From an uncultured virus (IMG/VR IMGVR_UViG_3300011474_000007) (Duplodnaviria > Heunggongvirae > Uroviricota > Caudoviricetes): DNA of 64,000 bases. Position 1 is the first letter of the stretch. Every line of letters begins with the position of its first letter. The notes under the pieces were generated by a model. It had not been told where the DNA came from. It was given only the letters and a program-made list of their open reading frames with translations, and made no database searches. Location of the stretch: IMG/VR virus record IMGVR_UViG_3300011474_000007, positions 1 to 64,000 of that record, one strand, 5' to 3'. The position numbers were made by a program, and so were the translations under genes. Positions 32,463 through 42,257 of this stretch are shown here, piece after piece.

Positions 32463-33858
32463 TTTCTTTTAATAAACTATCAATATATTCTTCTAATTTT
32501 TTTATATTAGTTTTACTCATTTCGTCTTTATATAAGTGTATATCTTCTAAAATGCCATCTTTTCTATAATCTATTTTTTCTAATACATCAATTAATCTCT
32601 CTTTCCAATCATCATCATTCATTAATTTAGAAGCTATATATAAATAACCTCTAAACATATGCATATTTAATTCATAACCTTCTTCTCTTGACAGTTTAAT
32701 ATTTTTCATTTTTTCTTTATGAAAGCTTAAAACGTACTTAAAAAATTCCTTTAAGAATTTTTTAACTTTATCTTCTCTTATAATGTCAAATTCATCTAAT
32801 TCAAAATACTTTAATCCATCAGCAAAAATATATAAAGGTGTTAATTTGTTTAATCGTTTTACATCTTTTAATTCTCTTCCTAATTTTCCTGCTAATGGGC
32901 TTCCACTAATGCCACCGCCCTTATTCATATAATAAGCTATTTTATTTTCTATAGTCATTTCCATAGCTTTAGTAAGAGTTTCATCAAGGGGATTTTTCTT
33001 GCTCTCTTGAAAAATGTATTGTCTAGCTAAATATGGATCTAAATTCATAATTTGAACGCCCATATTAAGTACAAAATCTTTACCTTTTCTACGACATATA
33101 TTTCTAGCTAAACTTCCACCAGTTGTTCTATGATTTCCATCAATTAGATTTAAATTTGTATTCTTGTTTATTCTTATAATAATATCATATAAATCATTTT
33201 CTTTATCAATAATGTGAAAATCTTCTTGCCCATTTGAAGGAACATTAATAGCAATATATGTTGGAATATATTCATCTTCAGCCATGCTTTTAGATATTTC
33301 TTTAATAGATTTTGAAAAAACTTTAGCTTTTTCTATCCAAGTTCCTCTCCACTCATATTTTTCTGTCTCTCTTTGACAATTGATATTATAGAACAAAATA
33401 CCTTTCTCTCTTAAATCTAAAATATAATTAAAATCAGCAACCCCGCTATATATGCCTTCTTTCATAAATTTCACATCTTTAAATACTACTGTTTTAAAGT
33501 CTTGTTCTTCCTCAACAGGTAATATTGAATTTTTATATTGCCTTATTTCATCTTCTGTAAAATAAAATTCTGGATTTAAATCCATTTTAAGTTGTTGTTG
33601 TAATTCATTTAATTTGGAAACGAAATCATCTTTTAATAACATTTTATAAAATGTTTCTGTTATTAAATATAACTCTCTTTCATTCAACATTTCCACTTGT
33701 ATATTTTGATTAAATAGATTATTTATAACTTCTTCATCTACTTTATTTTCTAAAGTTTTAATTACAAAAGGTTTTTTCATTAAAAATTGTTTTAAGCCTA
33801 GACAACCTGTTAATTCCCTTATTAATTTATCATAATTATAATTTTTATTTTCTATCAT
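32437..33858 (-). CDS. DGQHR/DndB-ParB-like domain protein (YopQ-like)
   Basis: NCQR, IPTYIAIN and LIDGNHR motifs. Confidence 0.7.
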   Translation of the reverse strand: MIENKNYNYDKLIRELTGCLGLKQFLMKKPFVIKTLENKVDEEVINNLFNQNIQVEMLNERELYLITETFYKMLLKDDFVSKLNELQQQLKMDLNPEFYFTEDEIRQYKNSILPVEEEQDFKTVVFKDVKFMKEGIYSGVADFNYILDLREKGILFYNINCQRETEKYEWRGTWIEKAKVFSKSIKEISKSMAEDEYIPTYIAINVPSNGQEDFHIIDKENDLYDIIIRINKNTNLNLIDGNHRTTGGSLARNICRRKGKDFVLNMGVQIMNLDPYLARQYIFQESKKNPLDETLTKAMEMTIENKIAYYMNKGGGISGSPLAGKLGRELKDVKRLNKLTPLYIFADGLKYFELDEFDIIREDKVKKFLKEFFKYVLSFHKEKMKNIKLSREEGYELNMHMFRGYLYIASKLMNDDDWKERLIDVLEKIDYRKDGILEDIHLYKDEMSKTNIKKLEEYIDSLLKESGEKENVR

Positions 33859-34551
33859 ATTATAAATACCTCCCTTTTTAAACCACTTTTATATTATATC
33901 ATATATATAAAATAATTTGCAATAATATTTTCTAGATGTTTTATTGACTTTCAATTTCATTTATTTTTCAAATTATTTCATTATATATATATTATGTGGT
34001 AGAAAAGATATAACGTCAACAGTTTTTATAATGTTTCTAAATTATTTTATATCTATTTTAAGTATACAATATGTTGTGTTATACTTTTAAAAAAATGTAT
34101 GTATATTGTGGTTAATATATAATAAAATAAGGAATTTATATTAAATTATTTAAATTTTCTTTTATTTTGAAGAGTCAAAATCTTTAGAATATCTATATTC
34201 ATCAAGATAATGGGATATTAAGTTTAAGTAAGACTCTAAGTCTTTAAGTTTATTTGGTGGAACAGGATCACTAGTAACACTTCCTTCTAGTTCTTTCCAT
34301 GCTTTTTTGCGTTTCTTGGTGCATCAAGTGGAGGAAATCTAATGTCATAATGTTCTAATGGTTTGAATTCGGGAAGTATTGCAGAAATTATTTATCTTTA
34401 AACAATATAAAGTTACTTTTGTTAATACTACTATTAATATTATAGGAATATAATCAGGTGAAATTAGAATATTTAAAAAATATTCATGCAAAACAAGGAA
34501 TTATATTACAAATATAGAATATATTATATGAATAACATATAAGGAGGTTTT

Positions 34552-34923
34552 TTGATGATTAAAAATAAAAAATTTTTAATTAGTTTACTAGGATTATCTA
34601 TATATTCACTTGTAAATAGTAATAATATAGTTTCTGCTAATGAAGTAGAAGTATCTAGTAATCCAAAACAAGTAAAAACTGTCCAAAAGATGGATGTATC
34701 CTCAAGGGGACTAGGAATAGCATCCCCTGGTGAGGTAATTGCCGATGAATTAAATATTAGAAGCGGTCCAGGTACTAATTATACTATAATTGATTCAATA
34801 AGTAAGGGTCATGCAGTACAAGTTACTGATTATACTAAAGGTTGGAGTTATATAATTTATACAGATGGTGGTACACAGAAGCGTGGATGGGCAGCTTCTA
34901 GATACATTCGTTTAGCACCATAG
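34552..34923 (+). CDS. Secreted single bacterial SH3 domain protein
   Basis: Signal peptide (VSA), LNIRSGPGTNY...GW...GW...YI. Confidence 0.85.
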   Translation: MMIKNKKFLISLLGLSIYSLVNSNNIVSANEVEVSSNPKQVKTVQKMDVSSRGLGIASPGEVIADELNIRSGPGTNYTIIDSISKGHAVQVTDYTKGWSYIIYTDGGTQKRGWAASRYIRLAP

Positions 34924-35262
34924 GTATTGCAATATATAGTTAAAAAGTTAGTTTTTATTACAAATAAAGAATAGCTTTCTTATGGTTTATACTAAAAATA
35001 AAATAAATTGGAGCTGTCGCATTAGCACAAAAAAATTTGCTAATGTGGTAGCATTTTTTAGGTATTTCATAGAAATTTTAATGATGCTTTAAGCCCAAAT
35101 AAGTTCAATACTTAAGAAATGACGCACTTTAATAAACCTTTGATATTAAGGCTTTTTTGATTTGCAGAGTTTTTAAAATTTTAAAATTATGCACTCTTTT
35201 TAAGCGGAAAAAGATATGCTCCAGTTCTAAACTAGTCATGCAAACCCTCCTTTTAACAAATC

Positions 35263-35364
35263 TTATTTATAATTAGATATAATTACTTTTAGCATAGTTA
35301 TAGCTAATAATATACTTGTTATAGATACTATTGCTAAAGCCCTTTCTTGCTGCTTATTAAACAT
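35263..35364 (-). CDS. 33-aa single-TM peptide (not in ORF track)
   Basis: MFNKQQERALAIVSITSILLAITMLKVIISNYK; AGGTG RBS; sits in the operon. Confidence 0.5.
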   Translation of the reverse strand: MFNKQQERALAIVSITSILLAITMLKVIISNYK

Positions 35365-35379
35365 ACTACACCTACTTTC

Positions 35380-35676
35380 TTAAAAATACATAGCTATAAT
35401 ACAATATATTAACATGCTTGTTATCCCTACACTTATAGCTCCTAATACATCGTTTAAATTATTTCTAATGAAATCCTCTACTTTAGCAACTTTTAACCAT
35501 TTGTTTTCAGCTTCCTTTTTAACCCTCCATGTCTTTCCTAAAGCACTTACTGTTATATAAGATGTGTTACCTACATGTTGCTTTTGACTACCTTCATAGA
35601 CCTTTTTATAGCTTTTAACATCTTTTATAGCTTTTTTATTATTAAAATTTTGTGATAAAATTTCCAATTTATTCAC
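35380..35676 (-). CDS. Hypothetical protein with C-terminal TM
   Basis: ORF; hydrophobic C-terminus. Confidence 0.55.
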   Translation of the reverse strand: MNKLEILSQNFNNKKAIKDVKSYKKVYEGSQKQHVGNTSYITVSALGKTWRVKKEAENKWLKVAKVEDFIRNNLNDVLGAISVGITSMLIYCIIAMYF

Positions 35677-35712
35677 TCCTTAATTTTAAATTATTTGGCA
35701 TACGGGATCTGG

Positions 35713-36645
35713 CTAACATAAACTAAAAATCTTGCCTAACACTACTCCAATTAATTTCTCCACTCCGTCTTTGTCATTATCTTTAATTCTAATAATTGTA
35801 TAATTAGAATTATCTATATTTATAGCAGTGTCTGAATAAGCCTCACATAGAACCTTATCATTATTATAATAACAATCTCCATCTTTATAAGATAAATATT
35901 CTATTATATCCTTCATTCTCTTTTCATCTTCTTTTTCTTGATATTTATGTCTAAATTCATCAAACTCACATATAATTTTTAATTTTAAAAAAAAGAAATC
36001 TATTTGATATTTATTGTTGCACACACTATATTGATGCTCGGGTAAATGAAATTTATTTTGTATTATATTTTTTAACTTTAAATTATCTATATTCCACCCA
36101 TTTTCTAAGATATTATTTAAAATAATATTTATTCTCTTTAAGAATTTATTTTTAAAATCAATTTCTCTATAAACAATATCATCATTTATCATAAAAGTAT
36201 TACATTGAAAATACTCATTTAATAAGTGTTTTTTTATGGCATGATTTTTAATCCTCATTATATTATACAATTTACAATAACCTTTTTTTGATAAAACATA
36301 TATCTTATTAGTATTACCTATTTGAGCCTGAGTATAAACCCTTTGTTCCTTTAATCTTTTACATATTAATACGTGTTTTTTTAAATCAATAATATCTTCT
36401 TTATCAATAAAATTTTCAATATTATTATTAATTAATTCATTTATTCTTGCTATTTTTTTAGTTATTTCTTTTTTATCATTTGGATTATCACAATGCAATT
36501 TTGCAATTTGAGGTACTGTCAATATTTTTTGACCTTGTCCAAAACCACCATATAGTTCTTTAATTTTAACTGTAGTATCAGAAATTTCAATTTCATTTCC
36601 AGTACATACTATTTCCCATTTTAATTGTTCTTCAATGTTAGACAT
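35713..36645 (-). CDS. ORF6N-like DNA-binding domain fused to a DUF559/Vsr-like nuclease
   Basis: QIAKLH...RINELINNNI N-terminus; YQIDF...ICEFDE..H C-terminus. Confidence 0.6.
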   Translation of the reverse strand: MSNIEEQLKWEIVCTGNEIEISDTTVKIKELYGGFGQGQKILTVPQIAKLHCDNPNDKKEITKKIARINELINNNIENFIDKEDIIDLKKHVLICKRLKEQRVYTQAQIGNTNKIYVLSKKGYCKLYNIMRIKNHAIKKHLLNEYFQCNTFMINDDIVYREIDFKNKFLKRINIILNNILENGWNIDNLKLKNIIQNKFHLPEHQYSVCNNKYQIDFFFLKLKIICEFDEFRHKYQEKEDEKRMKDIIEYLSYKDGDCYYNNDKVLCEAYSDTAINIDNSNYTIIRIKDNDKDGVEKLIGVVLGKIFSLC

Positions 36646-36825
36646 TAAACCACCTTACCTCTCATATGTTATTGTATAAGTTAAAAATTATTTTATATTA
36701 ATAAATTTATATTATAGCTATTATGCTGATTTATTTTTGATAACTTATATTAAAATTTAAAAGGCTATAGGCTTTATTGCGTCGATAGCCTAATTAAATC
36801 AAAATATATATTTTATCAAATTATT

Positions 36826-37407
36826 TTACAATTTGTAATCCATAGCTTGTTTTAAACAATATTCTAATATACAAAAATCAAATTCCTTAGTTTTCTTTAG
36901 TAAATTGCTTACATTGTAATTTTGTATTAATTTTTTAATGTAATTTATATATTTTTCACTTTTAATGGCATCTTTTGGATTTATATCGTTATAACATATA
37001 TAATCACATGTTAAGTCTATAAATATGTCAAAATCACTCTCAACATCTTCAAAACTTTTACCATATTCATGGGCAAAAATTAAATCCTTATTGTCTTTTA
37101 AATCTGAATAAGTCCATCTATGCAATAATGTATGTGTTATGTTTTTAGTATCTTTGATTACTTCTTTTTGATGTGTATCCTTAAATGTGTAACCATTAAA
37201 AATAAAAAATGTTTCATCTTCTATTAAAACAATTCTATCTATTCTTTTAGCTCTTGGTCTTTGAATATAAATATATAATGCGTTTTCATATTGGGCAAAA
37301 TTTGAATAATAAAATCCTTTTATTATTCCTTTATATAAAGTTGGTACTAAATCATTAGATTTTAAAATTGATACCTTTTGACCTGCTCCTAAATTTAATG
37401 GGTTCAT
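36826..37407 (-). CDS. Hypothetical protein
   Basis: 193-aa ORF with AAGGAG RBS. Confidence 0.65.
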   Translation of the reverse strand: MNPLNLGAGQKVSILKSNDLVPTLYKGIIKGFYYSNFAQYENALYIYIQRPRAKRIDRIVLIEDETFFIFNGYTFKDTHQKEVIKDTKNITHTLLHRWTYSDLKDNKDLIFAHEYGKSFEDVESDFDIFIDLTCDYICYNDINPKDAIKSEKYINYIKKLIQNYNVSNLLKKTKEFDFCILEYCLKQAMDYKL

Positions 37408-37465
37408 TTTTAAACAACTCCTTTAATATTTACAATCAAATTATTTTACATTAAAATTAACACTG

Positions 37466-37741
37466 TTATTGTATAGAAAATAGTTTTATTACTGTATTAT
37501 TTTTGGAAGGTTTAATATAAATAAATTTATCACCTTTGTATGATTTGCCCATATCTATCCAGACTTTATTATTTTGGTCTGTAGTTGTACACATATAATA
37601 ATATCCGTTTTCTTTGCAGTTGTCTTCTGATTCTATTATGGTGTTGGCTATACCTATAATACCATTCACATATAAAAACAATCCTCCTACAATTGCAATT
37701 ATTCCTGTGTTTATTAAACCTTTTCTTATGAGTTTTCTCAT
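37466..37741 (-). CDS. Hypothetical membrane-anchored protein
   Basis: N-terminal TM; AAGGAG RBS. Confidence 0.6.
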   Translation of the reverse strand: MRKLIRKGLINTGIIAIVGGLFLYVNGIIGIANTIIESEDNCKENGYYYMCTTTDQNNKVWIDMGKSYKGDKFIYIKPSKNNTVIKLFSIQ

Positions 37742-38249
37742 TTAAAACATCTCCTTATAATTAACAAATTATTTTATAATAATTTCTAGTTTTTCATTTT
37801 AATTTTTAATATATGTATATCCCGTTGACACTTGTTATTATAATATTATGGCTTTTAATAATAGCTAAATTGTTTATACTGTCTTTATGATTTTAGTACC
37901 ATGTATAAATTGAAAACACCCTCTATTCTTATTGTTAATTACTTCCCTCACTCTCTAACTATATTATACATCTATAGGATACAATTGTCAATATATTTAT
38001 CAAATTATTTTTAAATTAAATATAAAAAAATAGTAGTGTAAAACTACTATAAAGGTATATATTAAGTTGACCTAGTTAGCTTTCTTTATTAACAAATAAT
38101 AATATTAGGTTAACTATAGTCAAAATTATAATAAATATATTTTTACTATAAATACTATAAATTAAAAATAAAATTAAGGTTGATAGTAAAATTTTATTAG
38201 TGATTTTTAAATTCATAACTATATAATGGATTTAGGTAAGGGAAAAGCA

Positions 38250-38397
38250 TTAGTGTCTTTTACTATAATTTTTAGGCTTTTGGATATTTTTTATTATGCA
38301 TTTATTTTGATTAGTGGATTAATGTGCATACATTTAATAAAGTTAATATAATATCTAAAAAACCATTGATTAAGTTTATCATTTATCCTAAATCCAC
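38250..38397 (-). pseudogene. Decayed paralog of the type I toxin-like gene
   Basis: AGGAGG RBS, GTG-DLG*MINLINGFLDIILTLLNVC..., several stops; same flanking architecture as 38521-38667. Confidence 0.6.
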
Positions 38398-38469
38398 GGT
38401 CACACCTCCTTTTAATTCATATATATAATGCGAAATTATTTAATCAGTATAAATAGTAAAACTTTTCCA

Positions 38470-38497
38470 TTGATTTCTAGCCTCATAATGATATAAT
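38470..38497 (+). promoter_or_regulatory. Sigma-A promoter for a putative antisense antitoxin RNA
   Basis: TTGATT-16-TATAAT with extended TG; convergent on the toxin 3' end. Confidence 0.6.
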
Positions 38498-38520
38498 GTA
38501 ATTGGGTTAAGGAAAAGGCA

Positions 38521-38667
38521 TTAACGCCTTTTCCTTTTAGATTTAGACTTTTTGGATTTTTTCTTATGTTTTTTGTTGTATATATCCTTTAACTGGAATG
38601 CGAGGATAAATACATTAAACAAAGAACCTAAGAACTCCAAAAGGTCTTTTATTTTTTGTAAATCCAT
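38521..38667 (-). CDS. Type I toxin-like peptide, 48 aa (not in ORF track)
   Basis: MDLQKIKDLLEFLGSLFNVFILAFQLKDIYNKKHKKKSKKSKSKRKRR; GGGAGG RBS; TTGACT-17-TATAAT promoter. Confidence 0.75.
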   Translation of the reverse strand: MDLQKIKDLLEFLGSLFNVFILAFQLKDIYNKKHKKKSKKSKSKRKRR

Positions 38668-40027
38668 GTTGTCACCTCCCTTAACCTTATGTATATATTA
38701 TATCAAATTATTTTGCATTAGTCAAGTGATTTTGGTAAATTAATATAAAATTTTCCAATATATTTTATAGTTTATACCATTTACAAGTATATAAATATAT
38801 TAATATATATACTATAGTTATCATATAAGATTAAACTATATAGTATTGTTATTAATTCAATGTATTAGTTAGTCTGTAGCATTATGTAGGTATACATATG
38901 TAGATAGGTGTAAGTAGTAATATAATATATGTTAGTACATATAAGTTAGTTCCCTACTGATTAATAATTAACGCTAGTTAATTTAAATTTGTAATAACTA
39001 TTTTTATAGTGTTGGTTATAGTGGTTTAAGTGGGCGTAGTATGGGGTGGTGCTTTAGGGTATATCAAAATTGATTTTAAGTTTTATTTTTATATTTTAGA
39101 AAATATTTATTTATGTATATTAATTGTGGATTTATAATTTAGTAATTGATTTGTTTGTAAGTCTGTTTTTGTATATTTATGTATTGTATATTTGTATTGT
39201 AAGTCATCCTAGCAAAATTCTATTTTACAATAAAAACCGACATAGATAACTATATGTTAAAATATAGATATGATAGTACATAATATTAATATAATATAAT
39301 TTAGTATTAAAAAACAAATTATATAGTATTTGATACTATATATGATTTTCATACCCTACTTTTGTAGTATGCAATTTTCATAATCTTACTTGCAAGTTAT
39401 TTTTTATTATTTTTATATACTTGAAATTCATTTATAGCCATTTTAACAGTTTTTATTTTCAAAGGTGTAATTATACTTGAAACTATTTTAAATTCTTATG
39501 AGTGGTTCTCACGAGGTGAAAGTTTAGATATGATCTTTATTTTATATGTGTAAGATTAGAAATATTGGTTTTAGATATGATTTAGTAATAAATGGTTATA
39601 AAGTTTAGCTTAATGTATATTAAGCTAAGTTATTATGTAAACTATATAGACCGGGGGTACTTTTACATTTTAATTTGTACTTGAAAACTATCCTCGGTGC
39701 GTAACTCTTCTACACACACCACACAGTTAAAATTTTCAATCTCTCCTAATCTATCGAATCTCGATAAACCATTATAATAATAAAGATTTTCTACAATCTT
39801 ATAAAATTCAAAAGTACAAAAAATTAAATCGAACAAACCTTTTAATATCAACATTTTTAAAATTTAAAATTCCTATTTCGATAAGGGGATTTTTAATCAT
39901 AAAAATTCAGCTAACGTTAATATTAATGCGTTTATTCGATTTAATCTATTTTTCATGTAAAAATTACCCTTAAATAACTCAATCATATTGAGAATACTAG
40001 CTTTTATCGAAAAACTAGTAAGGTAAT

Positions 40028-40068
40028 AACGTATAAAGACTCACACGACTTTAATCGTGTGAGGTTCA
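40028..40068 (+). mobile_element. Orphan IS200/IS605 right end
   Basis: 37/41 identical to 49900-49940, including the hairpin and terminal GGTTCA. Confidence 0.8.
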
Positions 40069-40194
40069 TCTTTAGTTATAAATGTTATATAAATAACCAT
40101 ACAAAATATTTAAAAGGAACTTTCATGAAAAAAAGTTGAGTATTATTTTATATGATACCCATTTATAGCAGTATTATACAACTGTATTAATTAT

Positions 40195-40485
40195 TTATTT
40201 TCCAAACAAACTCTTAGCAAACACCCATAAAGCTCTAAAGTAATTTATAGGATTACCGTAATATTTTACCCCCTCCCAAAAGTCATTTACGGCTTGAAAA
40301 CTGTTCAGAAAAATAAGAATTATACAACAACCACAACAAACAATTGTAAAAGCTTTAATCAAATCTGCTTTATTATTACTTCCAAAAGCTCTTATGGTTT
40401 TTTCTACAACTGTACCTACAACATAAACTTTCCCTATTTCTAATAACAATTGAAAATTGGTCATTATGTCACCTACTTCATACAA
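40195..40485 (-). CDS. Small membrane protein, SpoIIIAC/AD-like
   Basis: Two hydrophobic helices around EKTIRAFGSNNKADLI. Confidence 0.6.
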   Translation of the reverse strand: MYEVGDIMTNFQLLLEIGKVYVVGTVVEKTIRAFGSNNKADLIKAFTIVCCGCCIILIFLNSFQAVNDFWEGVKYYGNPINYFRALWVFAKSLFGK

Positions 40486-40667
40486 TTGCTAACTGTATTT
40501 AAAAGTTTAAAAGCAGTAGTTGCTACTGTAGTACCCATTAAAGATATAGTTACAACACTTATACTTTGAGCAATGTCTTGTTTACCTAATGCGGTACATA
40601 ATTTCTCTATAAGACAACTTCCAACCGCCATACCACCCATAGTAATTATTATTTTTGTATTACCCAT
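40473..40667 (-). CDS. Small membrane protein, SpoIIIAC/AD-like
   Basis: MGGMAVG..LIEKLC.ALGKQDIAQ.I pattern, like the SpoIIIAC helix-GK-helix. Confidence 0.65.
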   Translation of the reverse strand: MGNTKIIITMGGMAVGSCLIEKLCTALGKQDIAQSISVVTISLMGTTVATTAFKLLNTVSNCMK

Positions 40668-40765
40668 AAATAATCCATTCCTTTCTATGGATACATATCC
40701 CTTTTTTATTAAAACATCATAATAAAGTTAATATAATATCTTGATATAAGAGGGATATATACCCT

Positions 40766-41050
40766 CTATTTTCTCTTTTTATAACTTTTAAAATCAACAA
40801 CATTATTTTCATTAACGGCCTTCTTATGTTCAATATTTTCTGTTTGATTTTGTTTAATATAAATTTTATCTTTTAATTTTTTATTTATATTTTTTGTTTT
40901 CTTTAAAAGTAATCTAAGTATGTTACAATTTAAAATTAATATTTGTTTAACTATGTTTGAAAATAAATAAATCAACTTTCCAGCCTTTGTATTTCTTAGA
41001 ATTATAAATAAAATTTGTAATCCTAAAATACTTATTAAAACATCTATCAT
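40766..41050 (-). CDS. Small membrane protein with basic tail
   Basis: N-terminal TM; AAGGAG RBS. Confidence 0.65.
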   Translation of the reverse strand: MIDVLISILGLQILFIILRNTKAGKLIYLFSNIVKQILILNCNILRLLLKKTKNINKKLKDKIYIKQNQTENIEHKKAVNENNVVDFKSYKKRK

Positions 41051-41402
41051 TACTTTATCTCCTTTGTGTAATTTGAATCTTTTGTATGGTTTTTTAATAA
41101 ACTTTTGTGTGATTACTTAGACTCAAAATAATTAATATATTAATTCAAATCATTTATATATAAGTTATTTAATTTTCAACATTAATACAGTTTTAACTAT
41201 CGATATTTATATCTATTTATATATAAATGAGCAAAATCTCATCAAGACTTCAAACTCTTTTTATAAAAATAAACTGATATAACTATCAATAATTAAAGCT
41301 ATATAATATTAAAAATGAACACTTATATAATAATTTGCGTTATATAAAAATTACTTTAAGTAAAGTATTCAGCTTCTGTTTATGTAAAATATTCCTTAAT
41401 GC

Positions 41403-41431
41403 ATTATATGAGAATTATTCAAGAAGTGTGA
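41403..41431 (-). promoter_or_regulatory. Sigma-K-type promoter
   Basis: TCACA-N16-CATATAAT on the minus strand. Confidence 0.55.
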
Positions 41432-41606
41432 AACTTGTTTGGTGAAGATGGGGATGCTTTTGCATTGTTCCCCACCCTCTATATAGCTTCACTACGCTAT
41501 ATATTTGAAAATAAAGATGGCTTGATTGCTTGATTATAGGTGTATTAGGTGTGATTATTGTAATCATATACTGTAACATATACTATGATATATGTTATGT
41601 TCTAGA

Positions 41607-42257
41607 TTATTTAGTAAATATTTTTAAGAAATTATCTAATTTATGATTCAGATGAATGAATTTTATATTACTTTCTATATCTTGAAAATGGTCTCCACTA
41701 TCTATTAAAATTACCTGTGGAAACTCTCCAAATAATTCTTGTAATTCATTTGATTTATATAAATCTTCATATTTTTTTATTGTATTATGTCCAAAGTTAG
41801 TTGATGCAACTTCAACGATTTGAATATAGTGTTTACCATTAAATTCAAATATAAAAAATCCATCACTTTTTATTTTACCTTTTAACCAATTTTGTTCTCT
41901 TTTAAAATACTTTATATCCACGTCATGATACAATAGTTCTGCATAATAATCTAAAAGCAATATTCTGTGTAAGGAGGGTTTTAAATTTTGATATTCCTTA
42001 GAGTTAAATGTATAGGCATTTGTATTATTTAAAAAAGATAATTTAGTTATTTTAATATAGTTACATTCCTCTAGTCTCTTTAATCGTCTTCTTGCTATTG
42101 CTTGACCTTGGCTTTTATCTTTATAAAATATTTTAGCAATTTGTTTAGCTGTGCATACACCAACATTTTCAATATATCTAGCTATTTGCTTATCATTATC
42201 TGTTAACATGTGATCACTCCTTTGGTTTTGGTGGAATGTAAGGTACATAACCTTCAA
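41607..42257 (-). CDS. Replication-relaxation (Replic_Relax)-like protein: wHTH + PD-(D/E)XK
   Basis: TAKQIAKIF...ARRRLKRL wHTH, H, then KSDG...IVEV...KKY; probable start at MLTDND, coupled to ftsK. Confidence 0.75.
   Translation of the reverse strand: MKVMYLTFHQNQRSDHMLTDNDKQIARYIENVGVCTAKQIAKIFYKDKSQGQAIARRRLKRLEECNYIKITKLSFLNNTNAYTFNSKEYQNLKPSLHRILLLDYYAELLYHDVDIKYFKREQNWLKGKIKSDGFFIFEFNGKHYIQIVEVASTNFGHNTIKKYEDLYKSNELQELFGEFPQVILIDSGDHFQDIESNIKFIHLNHKLDNFLKIFTK

Noticed and set aside
34141..34400. Possible frameshifted gene fragment on the minus strand
   Set aside because: Coding-like, but no start and no recognisable family
38552..38743. Plus-strand 63-aa ORF
   Set aside because: Antisense shadow of the minus-strand toxin-like gene, which has the RBS and promoter
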